Notes under the pieces: generated by a model | What the model was told of the DNA's origin: nothing | The model's input: only the letters and a program-made list of their open reading frames with translations | Database searches by the model: none | Translations under genes and position numbers: made by a program | From: Gekko japonicus | Lineage: Eukaryota | Length of the DNA stretch: 64,000 bases | NCBI RefSeq assembly: GCF_001447785.1 | Contig: NW_015169821.1 | Location: 244,676 to 308,675 of the forward strand | Direction of reading: 5' to 3' | Part shown: one piece after another, positions 58,501-64,000 of the stretch | Layout of the letters: the number at the start of each line of letters is the position of its first letter | Position numbering within the stretch: position 1 is the first letter of the stretch

Positions 58501-58950
58501 TAGAAAATAGAATTATATACAGGAGCCAAATACAAAATGGTACACTCTGTTGTATCTAATAAACCCTGAAAAACTTATTTGCACTCATTTTAATGGGTAA
58601 ACACATATACAGCAACAAAATGGCAACATAGTTTTGAAGAAACAGAAAGGAAAATAATTTCCTTTAGGTTCGAGATGGGAATGACTGATACTCCAGGGTG
58701 GGAGACATTTATGCTCATCCACACTCGTATAGCAAAATGTGTTTAATAGACACCAAATACAATATTTTACATTGCATTATTTCCACATATACAACAGATG
58801 TTTTAGTAGTCCCACCTCTTTTTTAAGCTTCTTGATCTGCTTTTAAAATGTATGTAACATCTTCTAAAATCCAAATATATAGTACATTTTGTTTCTGTAC
58901 AATTATGTGCAAATTCTTCTGACAAAATAATACAAATACATAGCTTCAAA

Positions 58951-63853
<4,903 letters not shown>

Positions 63854-64000
63854 CTAGAATAAAAGGTGCATAGAGTTTGATTTTGCTCTTGATAATGAGA
63901 CACAGCTGATGGGAAAGCACATGGCAAACATTATTTTGAAATTCTCTTAATGCAACAGGCTTTCATCTAATGATGGAGAAAACAGTCACACACTATTCAG

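Overview
Vertebrate genomic DNA from a squamate reptile, most likely a gecko (inferred from the repeats: Squam3-like tRNA SINEs, Bov-B, CR1, L2, Penelope and many hAT MITEs). It carries five intron-containing genes, all on the minus strand, in the order known from human 5q13.2. From right to left they are SLC30A5 (3' part), CCNB1 (complete, 407 aa), CENPH (complete, 260 aa), MRPS36/KGD4 (complete, 107 aa) and CDK7 (exons 1-10; exon 4 is not in the called sequence and probably lies in an N-gap). I traced the exon boundaries by hand using GT-AG sites and reading-frame phase. There are four N-gaps and several local duplications, some probably assembly artefacts. I found no securely new biological system. 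The best leads are: (1) an unexplained phase-compatible two-exon reading frame between MRPS36 and CDK7 (62-aa microprotein or decayed gene); (2) an orphan octamer/CCAAT/TATA promoter-like cassette about 3 kb upstream of CDK7; (3) a slightly diverged second copy of the CCNB1 promoter plus exon 1; (4) a compact PBE plus CPE/hexamer code in the CCNB1 3' UTR; (5) a ~220-bp intronic inverted repeat in SLC30A5; (6) several cleanly nested transposon insertions with intact target-site duplications (TSDs).
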